Positions 45,949-55,959 of a DNA stretch of 64,000 nucleotides are shown one piece after another. Numbering within the stretch: the stretch's first letter is position 1; every line of letters begins with the position of its first letter. Position numbers and translations under genes: made by a program. This DNA is from a virus. Its lineage: Duplodnaviria; Caudoviricetes. The stretch lies in IMG/VR virus record IMGVR_UViG_2636416120_000006, positions 1 to 64,000 of that record; one strand, given 5' to 3'. The notes beneath the pieces are model-generated. The model did not search any database. It was given only the letters and a program-made list of their open reading frames with translations, and was not told the DNA's origin.

Positions 45949-47100
45949 TTAGCGGCGCGACTTGAAGCCGTCGTAGCTGGCGGTCAGCTTGACCTCCGGC
46001 TTTTCGACGGTGGTGGCGGGCTTGGACGCTCCGCCCTCGGGAAGCAGGTTCACCAGGTTCAGCTGGCTGGCCTTGATCGCCTCGATGCTCGCGGCGATGT
46101 CCTTGGGCTCCTCCGGGTCCTTGGTCCCGGCGGCGATGAGAGCCTTCTTGGCGTGGTCCGCCAGGAAGGGGCGGGCGAGCTCCAGCTCGGCCTCGGCCGC
46201 ATCGAGTTTCGCCTGCACCTCGGTGGTGGAGGTACCCGCAGCGGCCTTCAGGCCATCACGCTCGGTGGTGACCTCGGCAAGCTCCGCCTTCAGGCGCTCG
46301 ATTTCGGCAGTGGCCGTCTTGAGCTCGACGGTGAGCGTGGCCTTGGCCGTGGTGGCCTCGGTCAGCCCGGCGACGAGTTCAGACAGGTCCATGGAAGGGT
46401 CCTCTTTGTACGATGCGATGAGCATCTGGGCCTCGAACGGGATGCCCGAGGCGGCTAGTCGCTCCCGCGAGCCCTCGGCCAGCTTGGCCTTGGCACGGGA
46501 AACGATCTTGGGATCCTTGGAAGCACCGCGGCTCACCAAGGACATCTCTGACCAGTTCTCGAGGCCGGCGATGGTGACGTAGACGCCATCCTTGCCGACC
46601 TCGTGGCCCTCGGCGCAGGTGCGCTCCCAGATGTGGAAGTAATCGCCCGCGCGGTAGTCGTATCCGCACTCCGAGCAGAGAAGATGCTTGCCCAGGACAC
46701 CGACGCTGACCTCGTCCAGCACCGCGTTGTTGATGCTGGCGATTAGGTCCTTGCCCTCCTCGTTCGGGATGTAGAATTGGGCCCGGAGCTCGGAATCGTT
46801 GCTGTTCGGGAGGTCGAACACCTCGGCGTAGAACACCCGGCCGACTGGCAGCTCCATACCCTGCTGGTGCAGGGTATGGAGCGGAACCGACATCGTGCCG
46901 GCGTTCAGCTGCGAGGCCATTTCAACCAGAGTGGACCGAGTGAACCGGGCGCCTTCGAAGATCGAGCCTCGCTTGTTCAGCGGCTTGGTCGCCACGGCGG
47001 CGGCTTCGAAGACAGTCAGCTTCGAGACGTCGATATCATCCCCGGCAACGGCCTTGATCCGCTGCTCAACCTTGGGAGTGATCTCGATCGACTTCGCCAT
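45949..47100 (-). CDS. prohead protease/scaffold
   Basis: H...LPVGR, EVSVG, EMSLVSRGA protease motifs plus coiled-coil C-terminus. Confidence 0.8.
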   Translation of the reverse strand: MAKSIEITPKVEQRIKAVAGDDIDVSKLTVFEAAAVATKPLNKRGSIFEGARFTRSTLVEMASQLNAGTMSVPLHTLHQQGMELPVGRVFYAEVFDLPNSNDSELRAQFYIPNEEGKDLIASINNAVLDEVSVGVLGKHLLCSECGYDYRAGDYFHIWERTCAEGHEVGKDGVYVTIAGLENWSEMSLVSRGASKDPKIVSRAKAKLAEGSRERLAASGIPFEAQMLIASYKEDPSMDLSELVAGLTEATTAKATLTVELKTATAEIERLKAELAEVTTERDGLKAAAGTSTTEVQAKLDAAEAELELARPFLADHAKKALIAAGTKDPEEPKDIAASIEAIKASQLNLVNLLPEGGASKPATTVEKPEVKLTASYDGFKSRR

Positions 47101-47171
47101 CTGGCCCTGCCTCAAATATCCGATGCTGTGTTTAACATTGACACATCCACTATTCTCAGACTCTTGAAGAA

Positions 47172-48635
47172 TCACTTCTTCACAGCATTTGATTTGGAGG
47201 CGTTCTTGTCTTTCGGAGCGAGCGCCCGATCCATCGACGATATTCTGGACGGTCCGTCAGTGGCGCCGTCGGCCGGAGCTGGGCTCATGAAACCAGTGCC
47301 AGACAGCTCAGGGACGGCGTCCGGGCGGATCCGGTTGAACATCTCGATGTGGAAGTCGTCGTCCGAGATCAGGCCGTAGGACAGGAGCGTCAGGTAGCGG
47401 GCCTGCTTCTGGGTGAGGTGGGTCTCGAGCTCGAGGTCAGGACGCAGCTCGACGTTATCAAACCCCACGGTGACGATGCTCTCGGATCCAGTCAGGCGCA
47501 GGGCGAAGGTAAAGGCCTGGCTCAGCAGGTCGGCGACCGGACCGTTCAGCTGCTCGGCATTCCGGCTGAAGATCAGGGCTTCGACGGAGGCGGTGTTAAC
47601 ACCACTCTCGCCGCGGCCGATGACCGAGGACATGGTCTTCAGGGCCGCCTGGTTCTGAGCGTTGAGGGTCTCGATCACCTCCTTGATCTGGAGGCTCGCG
47701 CCAGGGTTCTTGTCGTTGAGGATCTTCGCTTCGACGGAGTCGTAGTGGATGAAGGCCTGATCCGGACGGCTCAGGCCGGAGATGACGCCCTGGAGCTCGG
47801 ACAGCCGGGCGTCCAGGAACTCCTTCATCTTGGTTTCGTTGGTCTTGCACTCCGGAGGGGCATTCTTCCGAAGCACCTCCTCCAGCACCGAGATTTCCAG
47901 GCGAGGGAAGCCCGTCACCTGCATGATCCGGTAGAGGGTGTTGATGACAGCCTGACGCGCGGCGATGGTGTTGATCGCGGCGGTGAAGGGACTGGTCGAG
48001 TAGATCGTGGTCGGGTCCTGCCGGTAGAAGGTCAGGAAGAAGCTCGGGAGGTCGAGCGAGATGCGCTCCGAGGACCCGGTCGGCACCTGCTCCGGGAAAT
48101 ACACGCCGGGCGACTTTTCGGTGAACTCGAGGGTGCCGGGATCCACCAGGCGGAGCTCGGTCGGCAGCAGGGTCTTGTCGACCACCAGCTCGGCCGCGCA
48201 CGCGCCGCGGATCAGGGCGAACCACCGCAGCTGCTCGCACAAGGCGACCAGAGACTTCTTGATGAGGAAGTTGGCCGGCTTGGTGTAGTCGGTGCGGGTC
48301 GTCAGCGAGAGGAGGATCTGCTGGAGGGTCTTGTGACCCTCGCGATCGATGTTCCCTTCGAGGTCGCGAACGTAGAAGTAGGGCTCGGTGTCGGCGGACG
48401 TCAGGTAGGCGTTTAGTGCCGCGCTGAGATCCGGGTCGACCTTGGCGAGCTGCTGAATGAGGGACTGGCTGTTGCCGGCCAGGCGGGTCGTGTAGATGTC
48501 GTCGAGGTGGTCGCGGTAGGCTGGCTTCGACAGAACGGCGGTGTTCGACGACGCATTATAGGTCGAAGTGAACGAACTGCCCTTATCACTCGTCCTCTTC
48601 TTTGGGAAGATGACGCTAAGAATGCCGCCGGCCAT
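47172..48635 (-). CDS. portal protein
   Basis: 487 aa between terminase and protease. Confidence 0.8.
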   Translation of the reverse strand: MAGGILSVIFPKKRTSDKGSSFTSTYNASSNTAVLSKPAYRDHLDDIYTTRLAGNSQSLIQQLAKVDPDLSAALNAYLTSADTEPYFYVRDLEGNIDREGHKTLQQILLSLTTRTDYTKPANFLIKKSLVALCEQLRWFALIRGACAAELVVDKTLLPTELRLVDPGTLEFTEKSPGVYFPEQVPTGSSERISLDLPSFFLTFYRQDPTTIYSTSPFTAAINTIAARQAVINTLYRIMQVTGFPRLEISVLEEVLRKNAPPECKTNETKMKEFLDARLSELQGVISGLSRPDQAFIHYDSVEAKILNDKNPGASLQIKEVIETLNAQNQAALKTMSSVIGRGESGVNTASVEALIFSRNAEQLNGPVADLLSQAFTFALRLTGSESIVTVGFDNVELRPDLELETHLTQKQARYLTLLSYGLISDDDFHIEMFNRIRPDAVPELSGTGFMSPAPADGATDGPSRISSMDRALAPKDKNASKSNAVKK

Positions 48636-48663
48636 ACATTAGATCCTCGCAGGATTAAGGCTA

Positions 48664-50403
48664 CTAATATGGAAAGTACAACCCGTTTTCAACCCTTCTT
48701 TTGCTTGACCCTATCAGCGGCGAATTGTGCATAGGCACAGTAGCGGTCAGAATGCCGAAGTTCGTCCTGACCTCGGTGTTGCTGAGAGCAATGATCAGGT
48801 TCCGAAGTTGAAGCCCGGCTTTGAGGAACGCGAGGCTGTGATGGAAGTGGTCTTGACCCGTCAGCTTCTTCCACTCAGCGGGCTTCTCCGGTTGCTCGTC
48901 ACGAACCTGATCCCGCAGGTGCTCGATGATGGTCTGCCTGTAATGGCCATACCCGGACATCCGAATGCTGCGTCGACGGATGTCCTTGGCGACCGCGTCC
49001 AGCGCCATGGTCCGGTTGATCTGACCGTGGGTGATGTTGTCGTACTGATCCTTGACCGGGTTGAACTCCTTGGTGCCGCGGTATTCCAGCGGCAGGATCT
49101 TCCCTTCGGAGATGTCACGGATCTCCTCGGCCGTGGGGGTATAGGGATGACGGTCGATGCCGCCGGCGACGATGTTGTACTGCTTGCAGAGAGCACGAAC
49201 GAAGTCGGGCAGCTCCTGAACTGGAACGGCCTCGAACCGAAAGACCTCGAGCTGCTCGACCGGACCTGTCGCCAATGTCACGTGGGCGACAAGGCCCATA
49301 TCGATGCCGATCGACACGGGCACATCCGGGCCGACGTCCGGTACACCGGGCTGCTCATCGCGGAAGCAGGCACGGATCACCTCCTCCTCGAGCCGGATGT
49401 TGCCGTCCGAGTAGGTCTCGCCGAGCACCGTGTTGAAGAAGCCTCGGAGGTAGTCGCGCTGGCGGTACTTCAGCAGCTGGCCGAGGATGTAGGGCAGATC
49501 GAGCTTGCCGGTGGAAAACGGCGTGACGTAGTAACCCCGAGCGTGCTTCCGGCTCGGGTGCTTGGCGACCCACTGGCGAAACGAGGGATCGGTGAGATCC
49601 AGCGCCCGATGACATTTCGGACACCAGATGTAGGACTCCATGATGTCGATCTCGTCGGCGATCGACTGCGTGATGTCGGAGAGCTTCTCGATGTTGTCGG
49701 AGAGCCCCGGGATGAGGCAGAAATCCCTGTTGAACTGCGGCCAGGACCAGTGGTTACAGCGGGAGCAGCGGACCATGTAGTGCAACTGGTCCGAGGCCTG
49801 GTAACTCAGATCGATCCCGAACCCAGGAAAGGTTGGGGTCGAGAAGCGCTGCGAGATGCGGTGGATGGAGTTCTGCAGGCGGCTGTTGAACAGCACGAGC
49901 ATGTCCTGCGGGGATAGGTCCACCTCGTCGTTGAAGATCGCGTCGGCCGATGTCGAGGTCGCGTCCGCCTCGGTGCAGCCGGTCAGGTAGAGGAACGACC
50001 GGCCGAACTGCATGATGTTCATCGACCGGACGGCGCCCTGGTCGTGCTCCCGGTTGAAGATGGCATCGGCGTCGACGATCGGCTTCACGCGGGTTTGGCT
50101 GACGCGCTTGTAGAGCTTCTCCTCAGGCAGGGTGAACAACGCGGACAGGCCCTGGTTGCGCACCAGGAAGCCGAGCATCTTCCGGATCTGCACCTCGGTC
50201 AGCCCCACCTGGGAGCACTTGATGACGTCCAGGTTGGGGTGCATGTCGTCAAGGATGGCCCGCTGGAACTCGTACCCCTTGATCGAGAATGGGCGACCCT
50301 TGATCGTGGTGTTCTTCTCGACCCAGTCGGTCATTGATACGGCAGCACTGTCCAGGGTGAACCTGGACCGGAAATCCGACTGGAAGTCCGTGCCGAAGCT
50401 CAC
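48664..50403 (-). CDS. terL: terminase large subunit (lambda GpA family)
   Basis: KCSQVGLTE, DEVD, STPT, CxxC zinc motifs, GIDMG, DHFHH; GTG start inferred. Confidence 0.92.
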   Translation of the reverse strand: MSFGTDFQSDFRSRFTLDSAAVSMTDWVEKNTTIKGRPFSIKGYEFQRAILDDMHPNLDVIKCSQVGLTEVQIRKMLGFLVRNQGLSALFTLPEEKLYKRVSQTRVKPIVDADAIFNREHDQGAVRSMNIMQFGRSFLYLTGCTEADATSTSADAIFNDEVDLSPQDMLVLFNSRLQNSIHRISQRFSTPTFPGFGIDLSYQASDQLHYMVRCSRCNHWSWPQFNRDFCLIPGLSDNIEKLSDITQSIADEIDIMESYIWCPKCHRALDLTDPSFRQWVAKHPSRKHARGYYVTPFSTGKLDLPYILGQLLKYRQRDYLRGFFNTVLGETYSDGNIRLEEEVIRACFRDEQPGVPDVGPDVPVSIGIDMGLVAHVTLATGPVEQLEVFRFEAVPVQELPDFVRALCKQYNIVAGGIDRHPYTPTAEEIRDISEGKILPLEYRGTKEFNPVKDQYDNITHGQINRTMALDAVAKDIRRRSIRMSGYGHYRQTIIEHLRDQVRDEQPEKPAEWKKLTGQDHFHHSLAFLKAGLQLRNLIIALSNTEVRTNFGILTATVPMHNSPLIGSSKRRVENGLYFPY

Positions 50404-50648
50404 TCTTCGTCCGACGCCGCGGAGATGGCGATCTGGGTCTTGTGGACCTCGAGGACGCCGACGAGGTTGGTTTCTGGGATGGTGGGGGTGATCTCGAAGA
50501 CGTCGTAGTCGCCTTCCTTGTTGAAGACGAAGGCCAGAACCCCTTCGATCTTCCCCTCTTTGGCCTCGGCTAGGAGGGTCTCCAGACCCTTGACGATCGA
50601 ATCCTGAGCGATGGCCAGGGGGGTTCGCAGCGACGCGACATTGGACAT
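50400..50648 (-). CDS. hypothetical protein
   Basis: 82 aa with good codon usage, coupled to terL. Confidence 0.7.
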   Translation of the reverse strand: MSNVASLRTPLAIAQDSIVKGLETLLAEAKEGKIEGVLAFVFNKEGDYDVFEITPTIPETNLVGVLEVHKTQIAISAASDEE

Positions 50649-50837
50649 GCATTTGCTCCACGCAGGAGTGAGACGTCCTATATACGGTGGTCAGCCACTG
50701 TTTTGAAGGTATTTCTACAGTACATGCGAACTAGATCTGCGGCCTGATGAGTACATATCAACCTACCAAATTCGGTCTTTCTGAATTTCGATCCACCCCC
50801 TACATATGCCCCAACAAATTCATCCCATGAGGATCTA

Positions 50838-51308
50838 ATGCAGCCATACGACTACTATCCGAAGCTGGACGGGCTGAACATTGTGCTCGGGTTCGTCGGT
50901 GACGACCCGGTTGGGTATCTGGAGGGACCGAACTGCCCCTATGACGAGGTGACGAAGGCTGCACTGCGGGGTCTTGTCACGAATGTGAACCACCATCCGA
51001 TCGGGGTAACGGACGCAGAGGTCGAGAAGCTCGACATCGAGAGCGAGGCGATCGCGCTCTACCAGGAGACCAAGGAGTTCCGGGCCCGCGCCCAGAGCAG
51101 CGGCGAGGTCGGTGACCAGGCCGCGGCCCTGCGTGTGGCCAACTCTCTGCTGGAAAAGCTGCTCAACATCCGCGAGCGGGCTCACAACCTCAAGGAGAAC
51201 GTCGCCTGGAAGAAGAAGATCCTCCAGTTCATTGAGGACGTCCTCGACGACGAACAGAGGATCGAGTTCGACAATCGTCTGGCGGCTGAAATCGAGGTGG
51301 CACGATGA
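50838..51308 (+). CDS. hypothetical helical protein (candidate terminase small subunit)
   Basis: 156 aa, divergent from terL; function is a guess. Confidence 0.6.
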   Translation: MQPYDYYPKLDGLNIVLGFVGDDPVGYLEGPNCPYDEVTKAALRGLVTNVNHHPIGVTDAEVEKLDIESEAIALYQETKEFRARAQSSGEVGDQAAALRVANSLLEKLLNIRERAHNLKENVAWKKKILQFIEDVLDDEQRIEFDNRLAAEIEVAR

Positions 51309-53719
51309 CCCAGCGCATTTTTGGTGACTACGCGCCGATTTACTGGGCCAACGGCCTTCCCGCGATCCCGCTGATGTACCAGGACAAGCGGCCGATCATT
51401 CAGGATTGGTCTCGCTTTTCCGAGGTTTTCCCGACCGATCAGGAACAGGAGGAGTGGACGAGGCGGTATTTTGACAACAACATCGGCATCGTCCTGGGCC
51501 CCCAATCCGGTCTGACGATGATCGACATCGACACCGAGGATGAGGGTCTGATCAAGGACATCCTCGAGATCCTGCCCCCCTCGCCCTGGCACCGAAAGGG
51601 GCGCAAGGGCGTCATGCTCGCCTACAAATTCTCCGGCATCCAGACGTTCCGTATCAAGGAAGCGTCGGGCAAGATGCTGGTCGAGTGCCTGAGCAGCAAG
51701 ACCCAGATCGTCCTGCCCCCGTCGATCCACCCGGACACAAAGCGGCCATACGAGGCCAACTGCAACCTCTTCGACGTGGTCGGCGACTTGGTCGAGCTGC
51801 CGAGCCAGGTGGAGAGCCTCCTCCGCGGCTTGTTCAAGGACCGCGGAATCGAGCTCAGTCACTCGGGCTGGACCCGGGTGACCGACTATGTCTCGGTCGG
51901 CAGCCGGGACGTGAAGATGACATCGGTCGCCGGCTTCTTCGCCCAGGGTGTGACCCGAGGTGAGATGACCGTGCTCGAGGCCATGGAGCGGATGCGCGCC
52001 TGGCACAGCACCTGCACCGAGAAGATCGCCGGCGATGACGTCGACATCGAGAAGGGCGTCAACAACCTCATCAAGTTCCTGATCGGCGACGTGCTCGACA
52101 AGGGCAAGATGCTGCCGATCGGGTGGGACGCCGGCCTGTCGGACGTCGACAAGAAGGCGATGGGGCTCGAGTTCACCGTCGACAACGAGGAGTGGGACTA
52201 CGAGCGGATCCGGGACTACCTCAAGGAGGAGTTCGAGAAGTTCGAGCCGGACACGCAGGGCCGCATGAACGCGGTCGAGTACGTGCTGCGCAAGATCTCT
52301 TCCAGCGATCGCATCACCTCGCTCGATGCTGACCGGATCTTCCGGTACATCGTCGACGTCGGCGGCATGCGGCTCAACCTATCGAACCTGCGTCGGCGTG
52401 TGGTCGAGCTGCAGAAGGGCGACTTCCAGGGCATCAACCACACCGAGATCGCAGCCCAGATCAAGAAGGAGCTCGAGGAGATCACCCCCCACGCCCATGT
52501 TGGGGGAAATTTCTGGCGCTATGGTGGCTCCCACTGGGAGATCGTCGACCGCAGCGAGCTGCTGCGCATCGTCGCCGAGCGCTATGGCAACTACATCGCG
52601 GCCAAGCGTGCCGGCGACCATAAGGGTGTGCTCGACATTCTCGGATCGCTGCTGCCCCAGCAGCTGACCACCGATGACGTCCGCGGCATCAACTTCGCCA
52701 ATGGCGTGCTTCTCGAAAACGGCGCGGTGGTGGAGCACAACCCGGCCTTCGGCATGCAGTACACCCTGCCCTACCGCTTCGTGCCGAACATCGGCCGCGA
52801 GGCGACGCGCTGGCACGCCTTCCTGGAGCGCGTCTGGGGCGCCGACGAGGACTACGAGGACAAGGTCCGAGCCCTCCAGGAGGCCATGTGTGCGACGATG
52901 TTCGGCATGGGGCCCCGATTCCAGCGCGCGGTGCTCTGCTACGGGGTCGCGAAGACCGGCAAGTCCCAGCTGCTGACGATCGTCAAGAACCTGATGCCGT
53001 CGGAGGCCCGATCGGCCTGCCCTCCGGACATGTGGGGTGACAAGTTCGCGCCGGCGACCATGTACGGCAAGCTGATCAACGTCTGCGGCGAGCTATCGGA
53101 AACGAAGAACGTCGACGGACAGCGGTTCAAGCAGACGATCGACGGCGAGGAGATGGCGGGCCAGTACAAGGGCCAGCAAATCTTCCACTTCCGACCGCGC
53201 TGCATGCACTGGTTCGCCTCGAACCACATGCCGAAGACCGACGACACCTCAGGGGGCTTCAACCGGCGCTGGCTGGTGCTGACGTTCAACAGCCCGATCG
53301 ACAATTCCGAGCGGATCCTGGATTTCGGCGACATCGTCGCCGCCGAGGAGCGTGAGGCGATCGTCTCATGGGTGATTGAGGCCTTGCCTCGGGTCCGTCA
53401 GATCCCTGATTTCACTCTCCCGGAGTCCCACAAGAAGATGATCGACGAGATGGCGGCAGGGAATAATAGCGTGCGCCATTTTTTTATGACGGGGGGTCGC
53501 GTGACGGTCGATCCTACGATCACGGACGTGACCTCCGAAAAGAAACTCTACGCCGCCTACTGGTCCTTCTGCATCTCGGGGGTGGGTGCGCGGCCTGTCA
53601 CTACGACGAAATTCACTCGTCGAGTTCGGGACTTGGCGGGCGACCTGGGGTTCAAGGAGGTCCCGGGTGGGTGGAGTGGCCTCACAGTCAAGGATGTGGC
53701 CGGCCAGGCTCGACTCTGA
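51305..53719 (+). CDS. bifunctional primase-polymerase / SF3 (D5/P4-type) helicase
   Basis: NIGIVLG...IDID, LPPSIHP; GVAKTGKS, ASNHMP...SGGFNRR. Confidence 0.92.
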   Translation: MTQRIFGDYAPIYWANGLPAIPLMYQDKRPIIQDWSRFSEVFPTDQEQEEWTRRYFDNNIGIVLGPQSGLTMIDIDTEDEGLIKDILEILPPSPWHRKGRKGVMLAYKFSGIQTFRIKEASGKMLVECLSSKTQIVLPPSIHPDTKRPYEANCNLFDVVGDLVELPSQVESLLRGLFKDRGIELSHSGWTRVTDYVSVGSRDVKMTSVAGFFAQGVTRGEMTVLEAMERMRAWHSTCTEKIAGDDVDIEKGVNNLIKFLIGDVLDKGKMLPIGWDAGLSDVDKKAMGLEFTVDNEEWDYERIRDYLKEEFEKFEPDTQGRMNAVEYVLRKISSSDRITSLDADRIFRYIVDVGGMRLNLSNLRRRVVELQKGDFQGINHTEIAAQIKKELEEITPHAHVGGNFWRYGGSHWEIVDRSELLRIVAERYGNYIAAKRAGDHKGVLDILGSLLPQQLTTDDVRGINFANGVLLENGAVVEHNPAFGMQYTLPYRFVPNIGREATRWHAFLERVWGADEDYEDKVRALQEAMCATMFGMGPRFQRAVLCYGVAKTGKSQLLTIVKNLMPSEARSACPPDMWGDKFAPATMYGKLINVCGELSETKNVDGQRFKQTIDGEEMAGQYKGQQIFHFRPRCMHWFASNHMPKTDDTSGGFNRRWLVLTFNSPIDNSERILDFGDIVAAEEREAIVSWVIEALPRVRQIPDFTLPESHKKMIDEMAAGNNSVRHFFMTGGRVTVDPTITDVTSEKKLYAAYWSFCISGVGARPVTTTKFTRRVRDLAGDLGFKEVPGGWSGLTVKDVAGQARL

Positions 53720-53863
53720 TCCCCGAAGAGCTCGTGCGCGAGCTCGATCGAAGGGTCGAGAAGGGTGTTTCGGACTGGAACTGGGCTGATACGAGGGTGG
53801 ACCGCTAGGTCCACCCTTCCTATTATGGAGCCTCCCGAGCGTCAGTTTTCCTAGGCAATTTTC

Positions 53864-54610
53864 ATGATCCGTTTCAGCTATGTGTTTTGTGGCGTCCTCG
53901 CACTGGCACTGTGCGGAGTCGCCCTTGAAAGCCAGTTGCCACAGCGGATCGCGGCCCGGTTTGGGTGGTGGCCAGAGGTGATGGGGCCGGCGCGGTATGT
54001 GGACGAAGCTGCCGCCGAGCTCCAAGAGGTCTACCCAACTCGCAAAGCCGACATCGTGATGTTGGGGGACAGCCTGACGGCTGCCGCCGATTGGAGAGAG
54101 CTTCTGCCGAATTGGGACGTCGTGAACCGAGGAGTTGCGGGTGAGACCATCAGGGAAATTTCAGCCCGGGTGGATGCCGTGGGCCGACTCCACCCCCGCG
54201 TCGTGTTTCTGATGGCCGGAACGAACGATCTGATGGTCGGCCAGACGCCTAATGAGGTCGCCGAGTCCTACAGACTTATCCTCGATCGCCTGCAAAGTAC
54301 AGGTGCGAAGGTGGTGGTTCAGCCGGTTCTGCACGTTGCCAAGGATCGCAATACGGTTGGTATACAGCGTTTCTGGTACAATCGGCGGAACGATGCAATC
54401 AGCGACGTCAACGCGCGGATCCGCGCCATCGCGGAGAAGCGCGGCCTGGTGTTCCTCGATCTCAACGAGACCATCGCGCCGGATGGGGTATTGGCGGATG
54501 ACCTCACTAGCGACGGGACGCACCTGCGCGCTCCCGCGTATCTCCTCTGGGCGAAGGCCATCAACGATGTTCTCTCTGCACCGGGCCTCCTAGCAGAAAG
54601 GCGATCATGA
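53864..54610 (+). CDS. SGNH/GDSL esterase with N-terminal signal or TM
   Basis: GDSLT, NRGVAG, GTND, DGTH. Confidence 0.9.
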   Translation: MIRFSYVFCGVLALALCGVALESQLPQRIAARFGWWPEVMGPARYVDEAAAELQEVYPTRKADIVMLGDSLTAAADWRELLPNWDVVNRGVAGETIREISARVDAVGRLHPRVVFLMAGTNDLMVGQTPNEVAESYRLILDRLQSTGAKVVVQPVLHVAKDRNTVGIQRFWYNRRNDAISDVNARIRAIAEKRGLVFLDLNETIAPDGVLADDLTSDGTHLRAPAYLLWAKAINDVLSAPGLLAERRS

Positions 54611-55407
54611 TCAACGAGTTCGCTGATGCCTCGAAGACCAAACACCGACGCTCTCTGAGGAGAGCGCTTCAGAACTGGCTATTTCCGATGTTTTCGGAGA
54701 TGCCGCGTGAGCTACTGCGGGTTCGGTTCGCTCGCTTCGCTCTCTGTTCTGCTCGATACGCTTGGTTCGTGCTCGCACTGCGACGGCTGCGCGTTACGAG
54801 CGGAGGAGAGGGGGTCGCGAAGACGACCCTGAAGCACAACCTTAGAGGCATGTTCGATCTCCATGCGGAGCGTTCCACCCGCTTGATCTACCCGATCGCC
54901 ATGTGGGCCGCGGCCCGCAGAGTGTCTCTTGCCAACCTCAAGGTTCTGACGGTGGGTCCTCGAACCGAGGGCGAGATATACACCCTGGTAGCGCACGGTT
55001 TCCGCCGGCGGAACATCACCGGGCTCGATCTGATCTCCTACTCGCCCATCGTTGACCTCGGTGACATGCACGCCATGGCCTACCCCGACGCCAGCTTCGA
55101 CGTTGTGCTCGCCGGCTGGGTGCTTTCGTACTCAGACCGGAAGAAGACCGCCGCGGCCGAGATTGCTCGGGTGACCAAGCCGGGTGGGATCGTCGCCGTC
55201 GGTGTGGAGTGGGGTCGCAAGAGTCCTGAGGAGGTGGCCGCGGAGAGGACCGGATACATCGTCGGCTCCGCCACCAGACTAAGATCGGCGGAGGAGATCC
55301 TCGCGCTCTTTGGTGACCAGGTCGATAGGGTTTATGCTAAGGTGGACGACCAGGACATCGCCGGCGAGGATGTTGGAGACCTACTGGTGATTTTTCGCCT
55401 GAGATAG
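54607..55407 (+). CDS. class I SAM-dependent methyltransferase
   Basis: VLTVG, GLDL, GDMHAMAYPDASFDVV, EIARVTKPGG. Confidence 0.85.
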   Translation: MINEFADASKTKHRRSLRRALQNWLFPMFSEMPRELLRVRFARFALCSARYAWFVLALRRLRVTSGGEGVAKTTLKHNLRGMFDLHAERSTRLIYPIAMWAAARRVSLANLKVLTVGPRTEGEIYTLVAHGFRRRNITGLDLISYSPIVDLGDMHAMAYPDASFDVVLAGWVLSYSDRKKTAAAEIARVTKPGGIVAVGVEWGRKSPEEVAAERTGYIVGSATRLRSAEEILALFGDQVDRVYAKVDDQDIAGEDVGDLLVIFRLR

Positions 55408-55416
55408 AGGGGTGAA

Positions 55417-55551
55417 ATGTACAATCCCCAGTACGATATCGGAGGGGATCCAGGGGCCGGCTCTCCGCAAGACTTCCTGTGGGTGATCGGCTTTCTCATC
55501 TTCTTCGTGATATTCATGTGGATAGCTAAGTTTTGGTGGGATCGTGATTGA
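55417..55551 (+). CDS. small membrane protein (44 aa)
   Basis: GAGGGG SD; MYNPQY...FLWVIGFLIFFVIFMWIAKFWW, read manually. Confidence 0.6.
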   Translation: MYNPQYDIGGDPGAGSPQDFLWVIGFLIFFVIFMWIAKFWWDRD

Positions 55552-55909
55552 GATTCCTGTTGCCGGCACTGACCGGGTGATGCTGGTCGACGATGAGGTC
55601 GCCGACCAGGCTGATCGCATGCGTTGGCGCTGGGTCGCCGGCCAGGTCATCAATGAGGGTGGGATGGTGAATTTCGGTCTATACGGCCGGAAACGGGCGA
55701 AATTTGTTGATGGTGACCCCTTCAACTGCACAAGCAGCAACCTGCAAGGGGTCGGTGGTGACCGATCTGGACGGAAACGCAACCGGATCGGGTCGTCCGG
55801 CGTGAAGGACGTTCGTTGGGACAAGTCCCGGAACCAGTGGAAGACGTCGAAGGGCAGAACCTTCAAGAACCTGGATGATGCTGCGGATTTTGTTCGCGAT
55901 GAGGGTTAG
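55544..55909 (+). CDS. degenerate HNH/AP2-like protein
   Basis: LVDDE...W, DGDPFNCTSSNL, SSGVKDVRWDKSRNQW; HNH histidine absent. Confidence 0.6.
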   Translation: MIEIPVAGTDRVMLVDDEVADQADRMRWRWVAGQVINEGGMVNFGLYGRKRAKFVDGDPFNCTSSNLQGVGGDRSGRKRNRIGSSGVKDVRWDKSRNQWKTSKGRTFKNLDDAADFVRDEG

Positions 55910-55933
55910 AGCGAAGGTCTGGATGGGTTTGGG

Positions 55934-55959
55934 GGCGGCTTCGGCCGCCTTTTTTATTT
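55934..55959 (+). terminator. rho-independent terminator
   Basis: GGCGGC-TTCG-GCCGCC followed by TTTTTTATTT. Confidence 0.85.

Noticed and set aside
44174-45952. long antisense ORFs (e.g. 592 aa here, 836-2125, 48727-49917)
   Set aside because: Shadow frames of GC-rich genes with clear motifs on the other strand
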